NCBI RefSeq assembly: GCF_006345805.1 | Contig: NW_021831727.1 | Span: 1-34,359, forward strand | DNA length: 34,359 nucleotides | Direction: 5' to 3' | From: Octopus sinensis | Taxonomy: Eukaryota | Shown: positions 1 to 10,899 of the stretch, one piece after another | How positions within the stretch are numbered: the stretch's first letter is position 1 | Layout: each line of letters opens with the position of its first letter | Translations under genes and position numbers: made by a program | Notes under the pieces: generated by a model | Told to the model about the DNA's origin: nothing | What the model saw: only the letters and a program-made list of their open reading frames with translations | The model's database searches: none

Positions 1-356
1 GGAAAAATGAAAAAATTAAATATAAAAAAAAATAAACCACAAAAAATGAAAAAAAAGTGTGCAATGACAATAAACAAGGCCCAGGGACAGTCATTAAAGG
101 TAGTTGGGTTATTTTTAGAGAGTGAGTGCTTTTCACATGGACAGCTGTATGTGGGATGCTCGAGGGTAAGCAGAAGAGAAAATTTATTCATATATGCCAA
201 GGAAGGACGGACGACAAACATCGTTTATCAACAGGCGATAGAATAGGGTTAATTAAACCAGGTAGTTTTATACATCTACATAAACTTATAGTTGTTTGAT
301 GAAAAGGCCCTCCGCAGGAGCTAGGTCGCGGTGAGCGAAGCGAGCTGCCGAGCTAT
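1..356 (+). mobile_element. Non-autonomous Helitron, copy 1 (5' part lies outside the window)
   Basis: Near-identical to the reverse complement of about 9817-10163. Contains a PIF1 helicase C-terminal fragment, then a GC-rich subterminal hairpin region (ctaggtcgcggtgagcgaagcgagctgccgag) ending CTAT at 353-356; copy 2 has the canonical CTAG. Confidence 0.85.
58..246 (+). pseudogene. PIF1-family (Helitron RepHel) helicase C-terminal fragment
   Basis: AMTINKAQGQSL and FSHGQLYVGCSRV match the conserved C-terminal motifs of PIF1/Helitron helicases (FAMTINKSQGQS, HGQLYVAxSRV). Upstream is only A-rich low-complexity sequence. Confidence 0.9.
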
Positions 357-1715
357 TTTTCATAAAATTAAGTCGAAAATCGTAAAATTCTTTGAGCATT
401 TCAGGAGATATGTGAAAAATTTTCTTTTTTAATGATCAAGAGAATCTTGCGTTTCTCTTAGACTTGTTTCCATGTTATCGTTTTCTAAACTTCGTTATAA
501 ATATTATCGACGAATTCGTCATTTTCCCCATCCAATGTTCGTTTACGGCATTGTTGATTAATTCTTCTGTAATGCTATCTTTAATTATTACGGAATCACG
601 AATCTTTTCAACTTGATTCCAACAATTAAATATCAAGTTTTTCCCAGCTTTTAGAAATTAGCAGGATTACCTGACGAAGGTTTATTTGTTTATCGACCGT
701 TTGAATTCATCACCATCATCCTCAAAGCACAAAAACTGAATCAGATAATTTGAGTAATATGCATTTTAGATAATGAGTATGAAATTCCAAAATCTTTCAC
801 ATTGAATTTTGAGACATCGAGGGTTTTAAATTTCCAAACAATCATGGCTCAAGTTTTTCTCCCATAGAATTGCAACAAAGAAGTACGGTGACTCTTTCTT
901 TCCCTGTTTAAAGCCAAAAGTATCGTCATTTATTCCGACAAACGACTTTCTCGGTGTCCTTTTATATAAAGCGCTGTTTCATCACAATTAAAGACATTTT
1001 CTCTTCCATATTCCGCAATTTTCTCGTCAAGGATTTAAAAAAACTCATTGATGTAAGTTAAGTCAGATGAATTTTTCTCTCCACAAATTGATTTGAATCT
1101 CAGTTCATGACGCTTTTTGAATCTGTCAAGCCAGCCGTTTGAAGCTTTGAAAGAATCAAATCCATTTTTGAAGCCGTATATAAGGCGATTTTCTTTATGA
1201 AAGGACCTGATATTGGAACTTTATCTTCCAGTAGTTTCTAAAATATTTCAAAAACTTGATCATCAAATTTCGATTTCTCACAATAAGGCATAGGATCTTC
1301 ATCCGTGTTTACAGTTCCTTGTTCAAGAAAAGGCACAATTGTTTTTTTTATTCGTGAAATCATGCCTTTACTAGTTTTATATTTTTTAATTATCTGTCTT
1401 TCAAATAATTTGTTCTTCAATATCAATTTAGCAATCTTTAATTTTGTTTCATAGTTTATAACCATTGACAACAAAAAAATGTAAATAAACGTGTAAATTT
1501 AAATTATGTATTTATTAATAAAATATAATTTTATTTACTTATAATTTCATTCCCCACAATTTTATAGTGCCCCAAAATTTCCATATTTTTTTATCGATTT
1601 TCCATTTTACTCTGCCAAAATGTTGGCCAGAAAAAAAGTGCCCCAAAATGCGGGGGTGCCCTAAAATCCGAGAGTGCCCCACCCATGGGGTCTGCCCCAA
1701 TTCGGGGTCGGACTG
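357..1715 (-). mobile_element. pogo/Tigger DNA transposon, degenerate transposase, one TIR visible
   Basis: Minus strand gives an HTH N-terminus (ORF 1238-1474), FKASNGWLDRFKKRH (CENP-B-type HTH), FNCDETALLY and KERVTVLLCCNS (DDE_1-type). The end reads TA|CAGTCCGACCCCGAATTGGGGCAG (TIR 1692-1715, TA at 1716-1717). GTGCCC(C/T)AAAAT-type subterminal repeats start at 1567, 1638, 1656 and 1674. Confidence 0.85.
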
Positions 1716-2639
1716 TATGTCACAAAGCATTTGGTGAATATTATGTTTTTAAAAAAGCTAGCAAAACTGTTTTTATTTACGATCTGGATTTTAGAACAAT
1801 ATTTTTTAGGTTACTCTTTTGTTACGTTGTGATCGTCCATTTAAAAAAAACAAAAGAAACAAAAACACAACAGAAACTACAACAGGAACTTTTAGCAGCA
1901 AGAAAATTTTGGAAACAAAATTTTGTATGGTTTTTATTTTTGATAGATATTAAAATTTTCTTAATTTTTAGTTATCCAATTATTAATAGAAAATTTAATA
2001 AATTTTCTAAATGTGACACGTGGCTGACTACTTTGTTGTCATGCTACAGTAGATCTTTATTTTTTATTTAATTGGATTCAGAAGGAATATTTCACGATGT
2101 AGTTTCATTTAATGGTTAAATTATTTGAAATTTCATAATTTTGTAATGTTTGTGAGTTTATTTCTTCAATCTGTCTATTCCACTTATTTTTAAATTTGAA
2201 AAATTATTATTTTATTTTTGATCTCTATTTATTAAATTCCATCTTATTTTTTAATGAAAAGTTCTATTCTGTATAATTTTATGGAACAATTTTATTATTT
2301 GTGGCTGGATTTTTTTAAAGCATGAGCTGTTTTTAAAATTTTGAGAATATTTTTTCATTTCTAATGGTAATTTCGATCCTCCCGTACTTGAACTTCTAGC
2401 TGCAGCAATCTCTAGGCATTCATGTCGGAAATTGACTGCAGCTGTGAAGAATCGGTTTTTATTTTTGGGCATCTAGAGAATAAAATAACGAATGTATACT
2501 TGTCTAAATGGTTCATCACATATTTGCCACCTGATCCGATGGTGGTAACATCAGTTGTTGTTTTTTACCTAAAACTAATGCTTCTACAATTTTTAACTAC
2601 CCGTTTGAGTGATTCTAAACATTTAAATAAATATTTGAA

Positions 2640-2975
2640 ACATTTATTAAAAAACCAAGAGTAAAGTAATTACATTTCTTTTTTATTTTTGTTTTGGAGT
2701 AATGTAATAGTTCCCTTTTTGTTCCCAACCATAAATGGAGCCCCATCTGTTGTAATTCCAACTAATTTTGAAAGCGGGATATTTGATTCTGTTAAAAATT
2801 ACATTAAATGCAGGAATACGTCGGTTCCTGTCACTGTACTCATCAGTGAATATTTTCATAAATTCTTCAAAAATTTGGAATGTTTCGGTTATTCTTCGGA
2901 CAAATACGACAATTTGAGTTTCTGTCAGTACTGGTATCCAATGCGATGGAAAAATATTTGAAATTCCCAAAAACT
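2640..2975 (-). pseudogene. hAT (Buster/GTF2IRD2-like) transposase fragment
   Basis: Across frameshifts the minus strand reads YFSIALDTSTD, QIVVFVRRITETFQIFEEF and LVGITTDGAPFMVG, the first two catalytic Asp regions of hAT transposases. Confidence 0.8.
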
Positions 2976-3420
2976 TTTTTTTAAAGACGGCTGAAGTCGT
3001 GAGGCTGAGAGTGTCGATGGCAAAAGGGAACTCGACGAGGCGACAAGCCTGACAGCACCGCGAACATCGCCGTCCATGATTTTGCAATTTACTTTTCTGT
3101 AAAGGTAGTCGTCATCATACGGGGGTGCAGTCAAATTTGGGCAGTTTGAGTCGAAAGGAGGTTCTGAGTTGGCGAGATAGGCCTGGAGTCAGCGATGAGA
3201 AAAACAGTTCCTGTCGTACGAGGACAGTTCATGTTTGACGGTCGAAGCAAGCGAGGGGGAGGTTTTGTTACTCGATGGGAGAAAGCTGAGGCCGGAAGAG
3301 GCAAAGCAGAACAAATCTAAGCCAATGAGATTGCCCGTCGGAGGCCAAAGCGTCATCAATTGCAGTGGACAAAGAGGAAGCAGCTAGGATACGAGCAGCT
3401 TTTGGGAATAATTTAAACAT
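2976..3420 (-). mobile_element. CRE-like non-LTR retrotransposon fragment (region N-terminal of RT)
   Basis: FPKAARILAASSL...HWLRF and KIMDGDVRGAVRLVAS resemble the conserved pre-RT region of CRE-type elements. It is GC-richer than its flanks and abuts the hAT fragment. Confidence 0.65.
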
Positions 3421-3590
3421 TAAAAGAAACTACATCATAAAAATGCCATTTTCCAAAAAAACTGGCGAGCAATAGTCGGTAAACTGTATTTGGCAGCTAC
3501 GGCTCCACGTTCTTAGACAAATTTGAATATTAAATGAATAAATAATTTTTTCTTTTTCTATTGTTTCTTGCTGTTTATCCTCATATTCAT

Positions 3591-3958
3591 ATGGAAAATG
3601 ACTTCGATAAGATGAGCGAGAAGGATTCAGTTCAAACTTTCACGGATCCGCACATAAAACATTGTCATGTTCTGCATTATCTTGCCAATTAGCCGGGTCT
3701 CCGTTTATTAAATATCAATGTCTATTAAATATGCTTGTCCACGTTCGACGTAATTTTCCGTTGTTTCGAGTGGATGGTGACTTAGCAGGAAGTCAAAGTG
3801 CACTTTTCAAGTCAGTTGAATGTATCCATTGCCAGTAGATTTTATTCGAGTCACAGGGTTGCAGTCGACTGCCATTTTGTCTTTTTGTGGCAGTCTTGAC
3901 CAGGTTTATACAGCGAGTAATCCGACAGAGCATTGATATTATTGTCAACTGAAATTTG
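3591..3958 (+). CDS. Candidate spliced small ORF, unknown function
   Basis: Removing GT-AG segments 3664-3692, 3750-3770, 3822-3856 and 3904-3928 gives an open frame (MENDFDKMSEKDSVQTF...SPFIKYQCLLNMLVHVRLDGDLAG...). No family recognised, and the model could be a chance construction. Confidence 0.25.
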
Positions 3959-4704
3959 ACAGACTACATATCGAGAAACGCAGTGAGACAAGAGTTGACC
4001 TGCTCATCACAATTGTCGAGAGTCGGGGATTACTTTTAGTATAGGCTGTTGCGGGGAATAAAAAGAGGTTTATGTTTGCGTTTAAGAAGAATGATCGGGA
4101 AGATGTTTGAAAATGTTCTGAAACAGCTGAAAGAGAAAATATGAATGAAATATTATTTAACCTTTCAATTGAAACATTGGATAATAACCGTTCAAATAAA
4201 CTATTTGTTCTTTTAGTAATATGTGGTGACTTTATATAGCCAAGTGAAATTTACATACACAGTACAGGCAATTGATAACTATTAGAATAGATTGACTATT
4301 GGCTCTGATTTGCACAAGTTTATTGTCGAAACCGCTTAAATCAAATAAATTTTTTAAATAGATATTGAATGAACACAACATCTTATAAATGTTAGATCAT
4401 AGATACACAAGTAGTTATCTTTCTTTGATTAAAAAAATTATTTATAATATAAATTGATTATCCTAATATTGTTTAAAAATTTGACTTTGATACGAATCAT
4501 TGGATAAAGCTTCGCAAATTAAATTCACTTTGATTTTTAAAGGAGAATTTACATTTTCTTGATTTTGGTTTTATGCAGTCAACGTCACTCTCGGCCATTA
4601 TGGGAATATATTTACTAAAATTCCACAACTAAAAATGAGATAGGCAAATCTAATCCAATTTATCAAAACAGAGGATAATTTGAATATAATGTATCCTTTT
4701 CGTG

Positions 4705-4728
4705 TGACGTCACAAAAAAGTATATAAA
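4705..4728 (+). promoter_or_regulatory. Candidate core promoter of the protocadherin-like gene
   Basis: Perfect CRE palindrome TGACGTCA (4705-4712) and TATATAAA (4721-4728), the latter starting 38 nt upstream of the ATG at 4759. Confidence 0.4.
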
Positions 4729-4758
4729 CAGAAATCGACTTAGGAAAATAATCATATA

Positions 4759-7237
4759 ATGGTTATTATCTAGATTAATAGATAGACTATACTCCTTCTA
4801 TTCCTCTCACTGTCCACGGCAACGGACCTCTCTGTCTACGAAGAAACACCCGTGGGGACATTCATTGGCAACTACTGTCTTCTCTCAAAGATTTCATGCA
4901 GATCGTACAACTCCCTCAGTTTCGACAAAAACATGTTATCTATTGACTTATCGGGGGATATTAAGGTTGTCATTTCTGAAGACTCACTGCTTAGGTGACA
5001 CAGAGAATTGACTCCGATAGCATCCCGGGAAGAATCATCAACATCAACCTCACTCTCAAAAAAGTCTCATTGGCGACTATCTACGATATTATTAAACTGA
5101 AGGTCATTGACATTAACGACAATCCCCCAAAATTCCCGAGTGCTGGACGGACTATTATGCTTCCCTCAATTTGCCCAGGATTTATTCTCCACTTACCTAA
5201 GGCTGAGGACAGAGACTTGGGGATCAACGCCATTCAACGGTATGAGCTGTTGGGAAAAGGACCTTTCTCACTCACGGAAAATAGGTCGTCCCCAGTCCTC
5301 ATATCTCACTCAGCCAACGCTCAAAAGTCGGTCAAACTGCGACTATTAGTATTTGACGATCAAAAAATCGTTTTTTGGTCATTTATGGACGTTTTTATAA
5401 CCTTTGGCGACTCCTACATAGCCACGACTCAGTTCTACGACGTGGTCCTCAGTCACTCGGCCAATAAAGGGACCCCAATACTCAATGTAGGGCCCACTAA
5501 GGACTACATACAGCACGTGTACAAATTAGAGGGGAACAAATACTCTATTGACACATATGGAACAATAATAAAGAATGATGATGAAAAAATAATCAAAGAC
5601 CAGCTAAATGTGTTAGTGGATAACACAAGAGGGCAAATTACGTCCTATCAAGTGCAGATTGAGACTGTTGAACGAAAAAACTTGTCATTAAAATGGACTA
5701 ATCAGAAAAGCAAGATTTTCAACGTGCTAAGGAACACTTCCTTTATTGCTCAGTTGTGTGTAAGCTGTCATGAAAATGATTTAAACGTGGAATGCAAAAC
5801 CAATACAAAAAGTGTCGTTCTGGTAAGAGTTAAAAGCAACGTGTTTAATCTAACTCTCGTGGATTATTCAAATGTCATTCCCAAAATATTTGTGTACGTG
5901 TATTGCACGTGGGTTGAGAATATCACAAGATATAGTACATGGTACCCACATGAGGAAACGTCGAAAGACATTGTTCAAGTTTGAATTATTTTATTCAAAT
6001 AGATATTTCCCAAAGATGACCAAGTACCTCAATTATTGGGAATTTATGAAGACATGCCTTTAGACACCGTTGCCTTGTTGGGAGTGGATAATGCGTTTGA
6101 AATAGAATTAAATGACTACTTTAATTGCCATCAAGTGTTTCGCAAAGACAATAAAGTTGGGTGCTTCGAAGTCGGCTCGCGGAAAATTTTCGACAGGGAA
6201 AAACTGGACAACCTCACTATAGGTTTTCTCTTTTGGAACGAAACGATCAATCCTTTGACAATCAGAATACTGGACTTGAATGAATATCCCCCCGTCTTCA
6301 GAAATAAAAACTGTGCCATTTCGATCAAGTTGGATACTCCGTCGGGACTTGAGTTGGCGAGAGTGTTGGCAGAAGATGAGGACATAGGACCCGACAGGGA
6401 GATATGGTATAGAATGATGTCTGTGGAGAATATGAGTGATTACAGCAATAGCCACGGCATGTTCTCCATTGATTTGAGTACTGGAAGACTGAGAACAAGC
6501 AAAAAAATAAACAGGACGGGGTATTTCCTCGTGAACCTCCGAGCTTCTGACTCAGGACCCCAGAATTGTTTGCGGATTTACACTGTCTCGTCCAAGTCGT
6601 TGATCTTTCTTCCGTTTTTGTGTATTCCTACAAAGGAAGTGTACTGGGACTATCCTCGACCATCGAATCGTCGAACATTCAAGTGGGAGATGTTTTCCTA
6701 CAAAATTCACGTTTCACATATGACTTCACTTTTTTTGTCGTTAATGACACGAATGGACATTTCCGATGTGACCCCGATTCTGGGAATGTGACTTTGGTTA
6801 AGCAAATGTCTCCCGGCGACTATTTGAAGTTGACCATCAAAGCTGTTTTCCGTCCCAATCCTTCCTTGTGGACGCTGTACTCCGTAGATTTGTTCTTACG
6901 GAATCCAATAGTGAGCGGATTGAGTGCCACTTTCGTGTCAGTTCCTGTCGTAGTTCTAATAATTTGTGTCGGGTTTGTGTGCTTGGGAGTCTATCTGTAT
7001 CGAAAGCACAGATCACCTCGAAAAATAGAGGTGAAATTTACATCTACCCTATAGCGACACACCGAGTAATTATAACTAATTATTTTTGTTATGTATAATT
7101 TATGGATTTGTAGTCCGATTATAACAGCGGTATTTGCAGGTGAGAATATCCAAAGTCGTGCTGAAAAATTGCAGGACTTTGACACATCAATCATTAATGT
7201 TGCCACTTCAAGTGTTAGTGTTAATTCTCGCTTCTAA
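4759..7237 (+). CDS. Protocadherin-like type I membrane protein (signal peptide, cadherin repeats, TM helix, short tail)
   Basis: Introns 4762-4785, 4966-4994, 5979-6002, and probably 7031-7054 and 7066-7113. Signal peptide MTILLLFLSLSTA. Cadherin motifs VYEETPVGTFIGN, DINDNPPKF, AEDRDLG, DLNEYPPVF, AEDEDIG. TM segment VSVPVVVLIICVGFVCLGVYLY. One missing base near 6556 links SDSG(T)PELF. Confidence 0.85.
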
Positions 7238-8112
7238 GTAAGAATTAACGTTTTTCGCGAACTTCTGTTTTAGAGAGCTATATGTCGACAACAAAGAAAT
7301 ACTATACTTTTTCGACGTTTAAGCTCGGAAAACCCTATATGTTTGACATAAAATTGGTTTCAGAACGACGAATCAAGAAATATAAAATAAATGACAAATC
7401 GGCAAAATATAAAAATGTCATAATTGAATGTCAGATAGTCAAAATGTAATGTAGTATTGTTAAAATTGATATAAAAAATGTAAGAATTGAATACCACATT
7501 ATCAACATTGCATATCGCGTTGTCAAATCTGATGTAAAAATGTCAAAATTGTATTCATTGAATGTTAAAAATATATCATAAATCACTTTGTTATATTTAT
7601 TTTTTAATCAAAAAACAGCTAATGAAAACACAATTAAATTGATCAAAGAAATATTTTTGCGGTCTATAACCGGCCTTAAGTTATTTTTAACCAAATTGTG
7701 AATTTTCCATTTTTAAACAAATCGAGCCCCAGTTCAATTCGGACATTACTAGCAAAATTGATTTACTCTTTTCGAAAATTATTACTTAGAATATTAGGAT
7801 AGAAGTATTTTTCATCAAAATTTCGTATGAATATATTTTGCGGTATTCTCTCAGGTCGGTTTAGATTATCGAAATTTCAGAAACACAATCTCCTTGCAAA
7901 TTAATTGTCGATTCTCTATGAAACAGAAATAAATATTGTTATCGCAGTCTTTATTTCAGATATCTGGACAATCATTGAGACATCCCCTCTGGTATTTACA
8001 CTGTTTATAAGCTACTAGGTAGAATTGTGTTTTAATTAAAATTATCTTAATTTTTAGTTACCCAATTATTAATAGAAAACATAATAAATTGTGGCACGTG
8101 TGAGTACTCTTT

Positions 8113-8640
8113 TGGGCATAACATCTCAGGACCGCTTAAAACAAGTGGAAGTTGAGAAACTTCACAAATATGATTTCCTTGCAAATGAACTATCACTACT
8201 CTACGAATGCCAAGTTAAAATTATTCCCGTGGTTCTGACCTGGGATGGTGTTGTCACAAGATGCTTCAAAAATTATATGGATAAACTATATATTGAAAAA
8301 TCTACAATGACATACATCCAATCGGTTGTGCTCAAAAGGACGCTAGAGAGCATGATAATTGAACACAAGCATGGAATGATGATAACTGGCGAGGAATATA
8401 CTTCTGCGACCGATCAACTAGTAGAAATGGCATGCCGCCAGGACATTCCATTCAAAGATAAAAGACGCACAACAACTGACGCAGAGATAGAGAATGAAGA
8501 GGAACAGCAGCAGACTCTTCTCCTAAAAGGAGAAGAGAGACTACCAATCAGGATTGAAAGTCCTAATTAAATATTTTAATCTAAATTAAATTTTGGTTTC
8601 GTAAATAAATGAATTAATTGAATAATAAGAATTTATAATG
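8113..8640 (+). mobile_element. 5'-truncated RLE-type non-LTR retrotransposon (endonuclease C-terminus plus 3' UTR)
   Basis: GITSQDRLKQVEVEKLHKYDFLANEL...IIPVVLTWDGVV is closely related to the C-terminus of the long element at 22272-23870. Homology begins abruptly near 8113. Confidence 0.85.
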
Positions 8641-8957
8641 GAAGTTATCAAAGTTTAAAACGTCAATATTTACATAAAATAAATTAATGAGGTCAAAAAT
8701 TTATTCAACTTTCTCTGATCGTGTAAATATCAGAATTATATGCTAATATCAATACGCCAAATATAAAAAAATATTAAAAAAGAAATTTTTATTAGGGCGA
8801 ACTAAGTTAAAAAAGTTAAAATTTAATAATAGTAAATAAATAATAATTTAAATGATTTTTTAACTATATTTTATTATAAATAAATGCATATTAAACAATA
8901 TTATTAGGTTAAAAAGTTAAAATTAAAATTATAAGGTTAAAATTATATGATTCTTGA

Positions 8958-9801
8958 GGATTGTGGTTATTTTGGTTCAAAGGGAATATTTTTTTGTTAA
9001 TTTCGGATGCCGCAAATTATATGAAATCAGGTAAAATTTCATTTTTAAGTTTTAGCTGGCAAAATACTTAAAAATCTGTACCCCAAGTTATTCCATGTCA
9101 CATGTACTGTTCATCTATTACACAATTGTTGTGAGAAAATAAAAACCTCCTATCCGGAAATTGATTTGATGATTGCTACTGTACAAGCAGCCATTAACAA
9201 GAACAATACAAGAAAACGAATATTTAAAGACAGAAACATCGCCATTCCACCTCGTGTGCATTTGATAAGATGGGGGAGTTGGCTTAAGGCCGCTACTTAC
9301 TATTCAGAAAATCTGATCGGAGTACAAAATATTTTCGAATCATTCGCGGATGATGGATATCTAGTTCGAACAGCCAAAGAAAGTCTTCGAAACCATGTGT
9401 TAGTGAGCAGTCTATGTGACCTTATCCGAAGCTATTCAAACATTCCAGGTTTTCGAGTAAATGTCGCTATTGCAGATATTATTACAAAATTTGAAAGTAC
9501 GCGCTTCACAATTGAACAGGCATATTATTGTTTAGAATCGTTGGAATTTGGGAATGACAACAAATTTATCAAAGAATACATAAATAAAAGGCTTAAAACA
9601 AACGATATTTCGAACATAACTAGAATGACTAATTCACAAATATCTCCTGCCGAGTATGCATTACTTCTGAATTGTCAGCCAACCTCGTGCTCGGTTGAAA
9701 GAACTTTCTCTCTAATAAAGAGTTTTCTAAGATCCAACCGAAATTTTCTACAAGAAAATGTAGAAAATTATGTAATTTGTATGTGCAACAAACAGTTTTA
9801 G
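8958..9801 (+). pseudogene. hAT-like DDE transposase, C-terminal portion, with a 25-nt intron
   Basis: LLISDAANYMKS|AGKILKNLYPKLFHVTCTVHLLH (CxxH motif), IRWGSWL and PTSCSVERTFS. The frame is open only when GT-AG 9031-9055 is removed. Confidence 0.8.
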
Positions 9802-9816
9802 TGTTTTTATTGTTTA

Positions 9817-10301
9817 CTAGCTCGGCAGCTCGCTTCGCTCACCGCGACCTAGCTCCTGCGGAGGGCCTGTTTCATCAAACAACTATAAGTTTATGTAGAT
9901 GTATAAAACTAGCTGGTTTAATGTAACCCTATTCTATCGCCTGTTGATAAACGATGTTTGTCGTCCGTCCTTCCTTGGCATATATGAATAAATTTTCTTT
10001 CTGCCTACCCTCGAGCATCCCACATACAGCTGTCCATGTGAAAAGCACTCACTCTCTAAAATAACCCAACTACCTTTAATGACTGTCCCTGGGCCTTGTT
10101 TATTGTCATTGCAAACTTTTTTTTTCATTTTTTGTGTTTATTTTTTTTTTATATTTAATTTTTTCATTTTTCCTTTGTAATTTCCTTTTTTTTCTTTTTT
10201 TATTTTTTGTTTTTACTGGCGGAAATGGGGCAGGGGAGATGCGGCAGGCGGAAATGCGGCAGGCAAGAAAGCGACACACAAAAAAGCGACACACAAAAAG
10301 A
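9817..10301 (-). mobile_element. Non-autonomous Helitron, copy 2 (485 bp)
   Basis: Minus strand runs A|TC (10301) to hairpin and CTAG|T (9817): canonical Helitron termini with an AT target. Carries the same PIF1 C-terminal fragment as copy 1. Confidence 0.9.
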
Positions 10302-10492
10302 TTTAATTAATTACCTTATTAAGCTGACCGTTTTTCTTCAGCTTCGTTTTTCCTCCTTCGGTTATCTATTTAAAAAATTATTTTTGAATAATAAAAAGTT
10401 TAGGAAAAGAGGCATACCGAAAATAAATTCTATCTTTACGAAAAACTCAAGTAAATAGTTAATATTTTTACGCAAATTCTTCTGATTGCGCT

Positions 10493-10696
10493 GTCAATTG
10501 GTGGTAAATTGTGTTAATGGTTGTGCTAATGTGGTTTCAACTATCAAAGTGTTTTTCAAAATCTGTAATTGCACACTCTATTCAAGGTCGTGCGTCAATT
10601 GGTGGTAATTTGTGTTAATGATTGTGCTAATGTGGTTTCAACTATCAAAGTGGTTTTTCAAAATCTGTTAATTGCACACTCTATTCAAAGTCGTGC
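10493..10696. repeat. Direct repeat of about 101 bp, two copies plus a partial third
   Basis: gtcaattggtggtaa...ctattcaa(g/a)gtcgtgc at 10493-10593 and 10594-10696 with few differences; partial degenerate copy to about 10730. Confidence 0.9.
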
Positions 10697-10899
10697 AATC
10701 TGTGATTGCACATTCTGTCAAAGTCAAATATGATAATAGCTTTAATTTTGATTCATGGTCGATAATGATATATGCATTTAATTTTAAGAGAAAACATAGG
10801 ATCAATTGAATTTCTTTATCGCGAATAATTGGGAGTTCATCATTGTTAATATTCTCGCTGTCGTTTTCATCAAGGATATTCTTAATACGTGAGATTTTT

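Noticed and set aside
7-57. N-terminal MKKLNIKKNKPQKMKKK of the first ORF
   Set aside because: Translation of the A-rich Helitron spacer, not helicase sequence.
2251-2580. Faint resemblance of GSGGKYVMNHLD and NRFFTAAV to prolyl 4-hydroxylase motifs
   Set aside because: Motif spacing is wrong and no consistent spliced model could be built.
6108-6455. Minus-strand ORFs over the protocadherin, and similar antisense ORFs over LINEs and CNOT2 (e.g. 12749-12931, 22972-23541)
   Set aside because: Shadow frames of well-supported coding sequence on the opposite strand.
7380-7570. Degenerate AT-rich periodicity (aaaatgt...aattg)
   Set aside because: Too diverged and too low in complexity to define a unit or assign an element.
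7725-7745. B-box-like GTTCAATTC suggesting a tRNA or SINE
   Set aside because: No A-box and no cloverleaf stems around it.
8785-8792. 8-bp target-site duplication for the hAT-like element
   Set aside because: Only 5 of 8 positions match the right flank, in AT-rich sequence; not counted as evidence.
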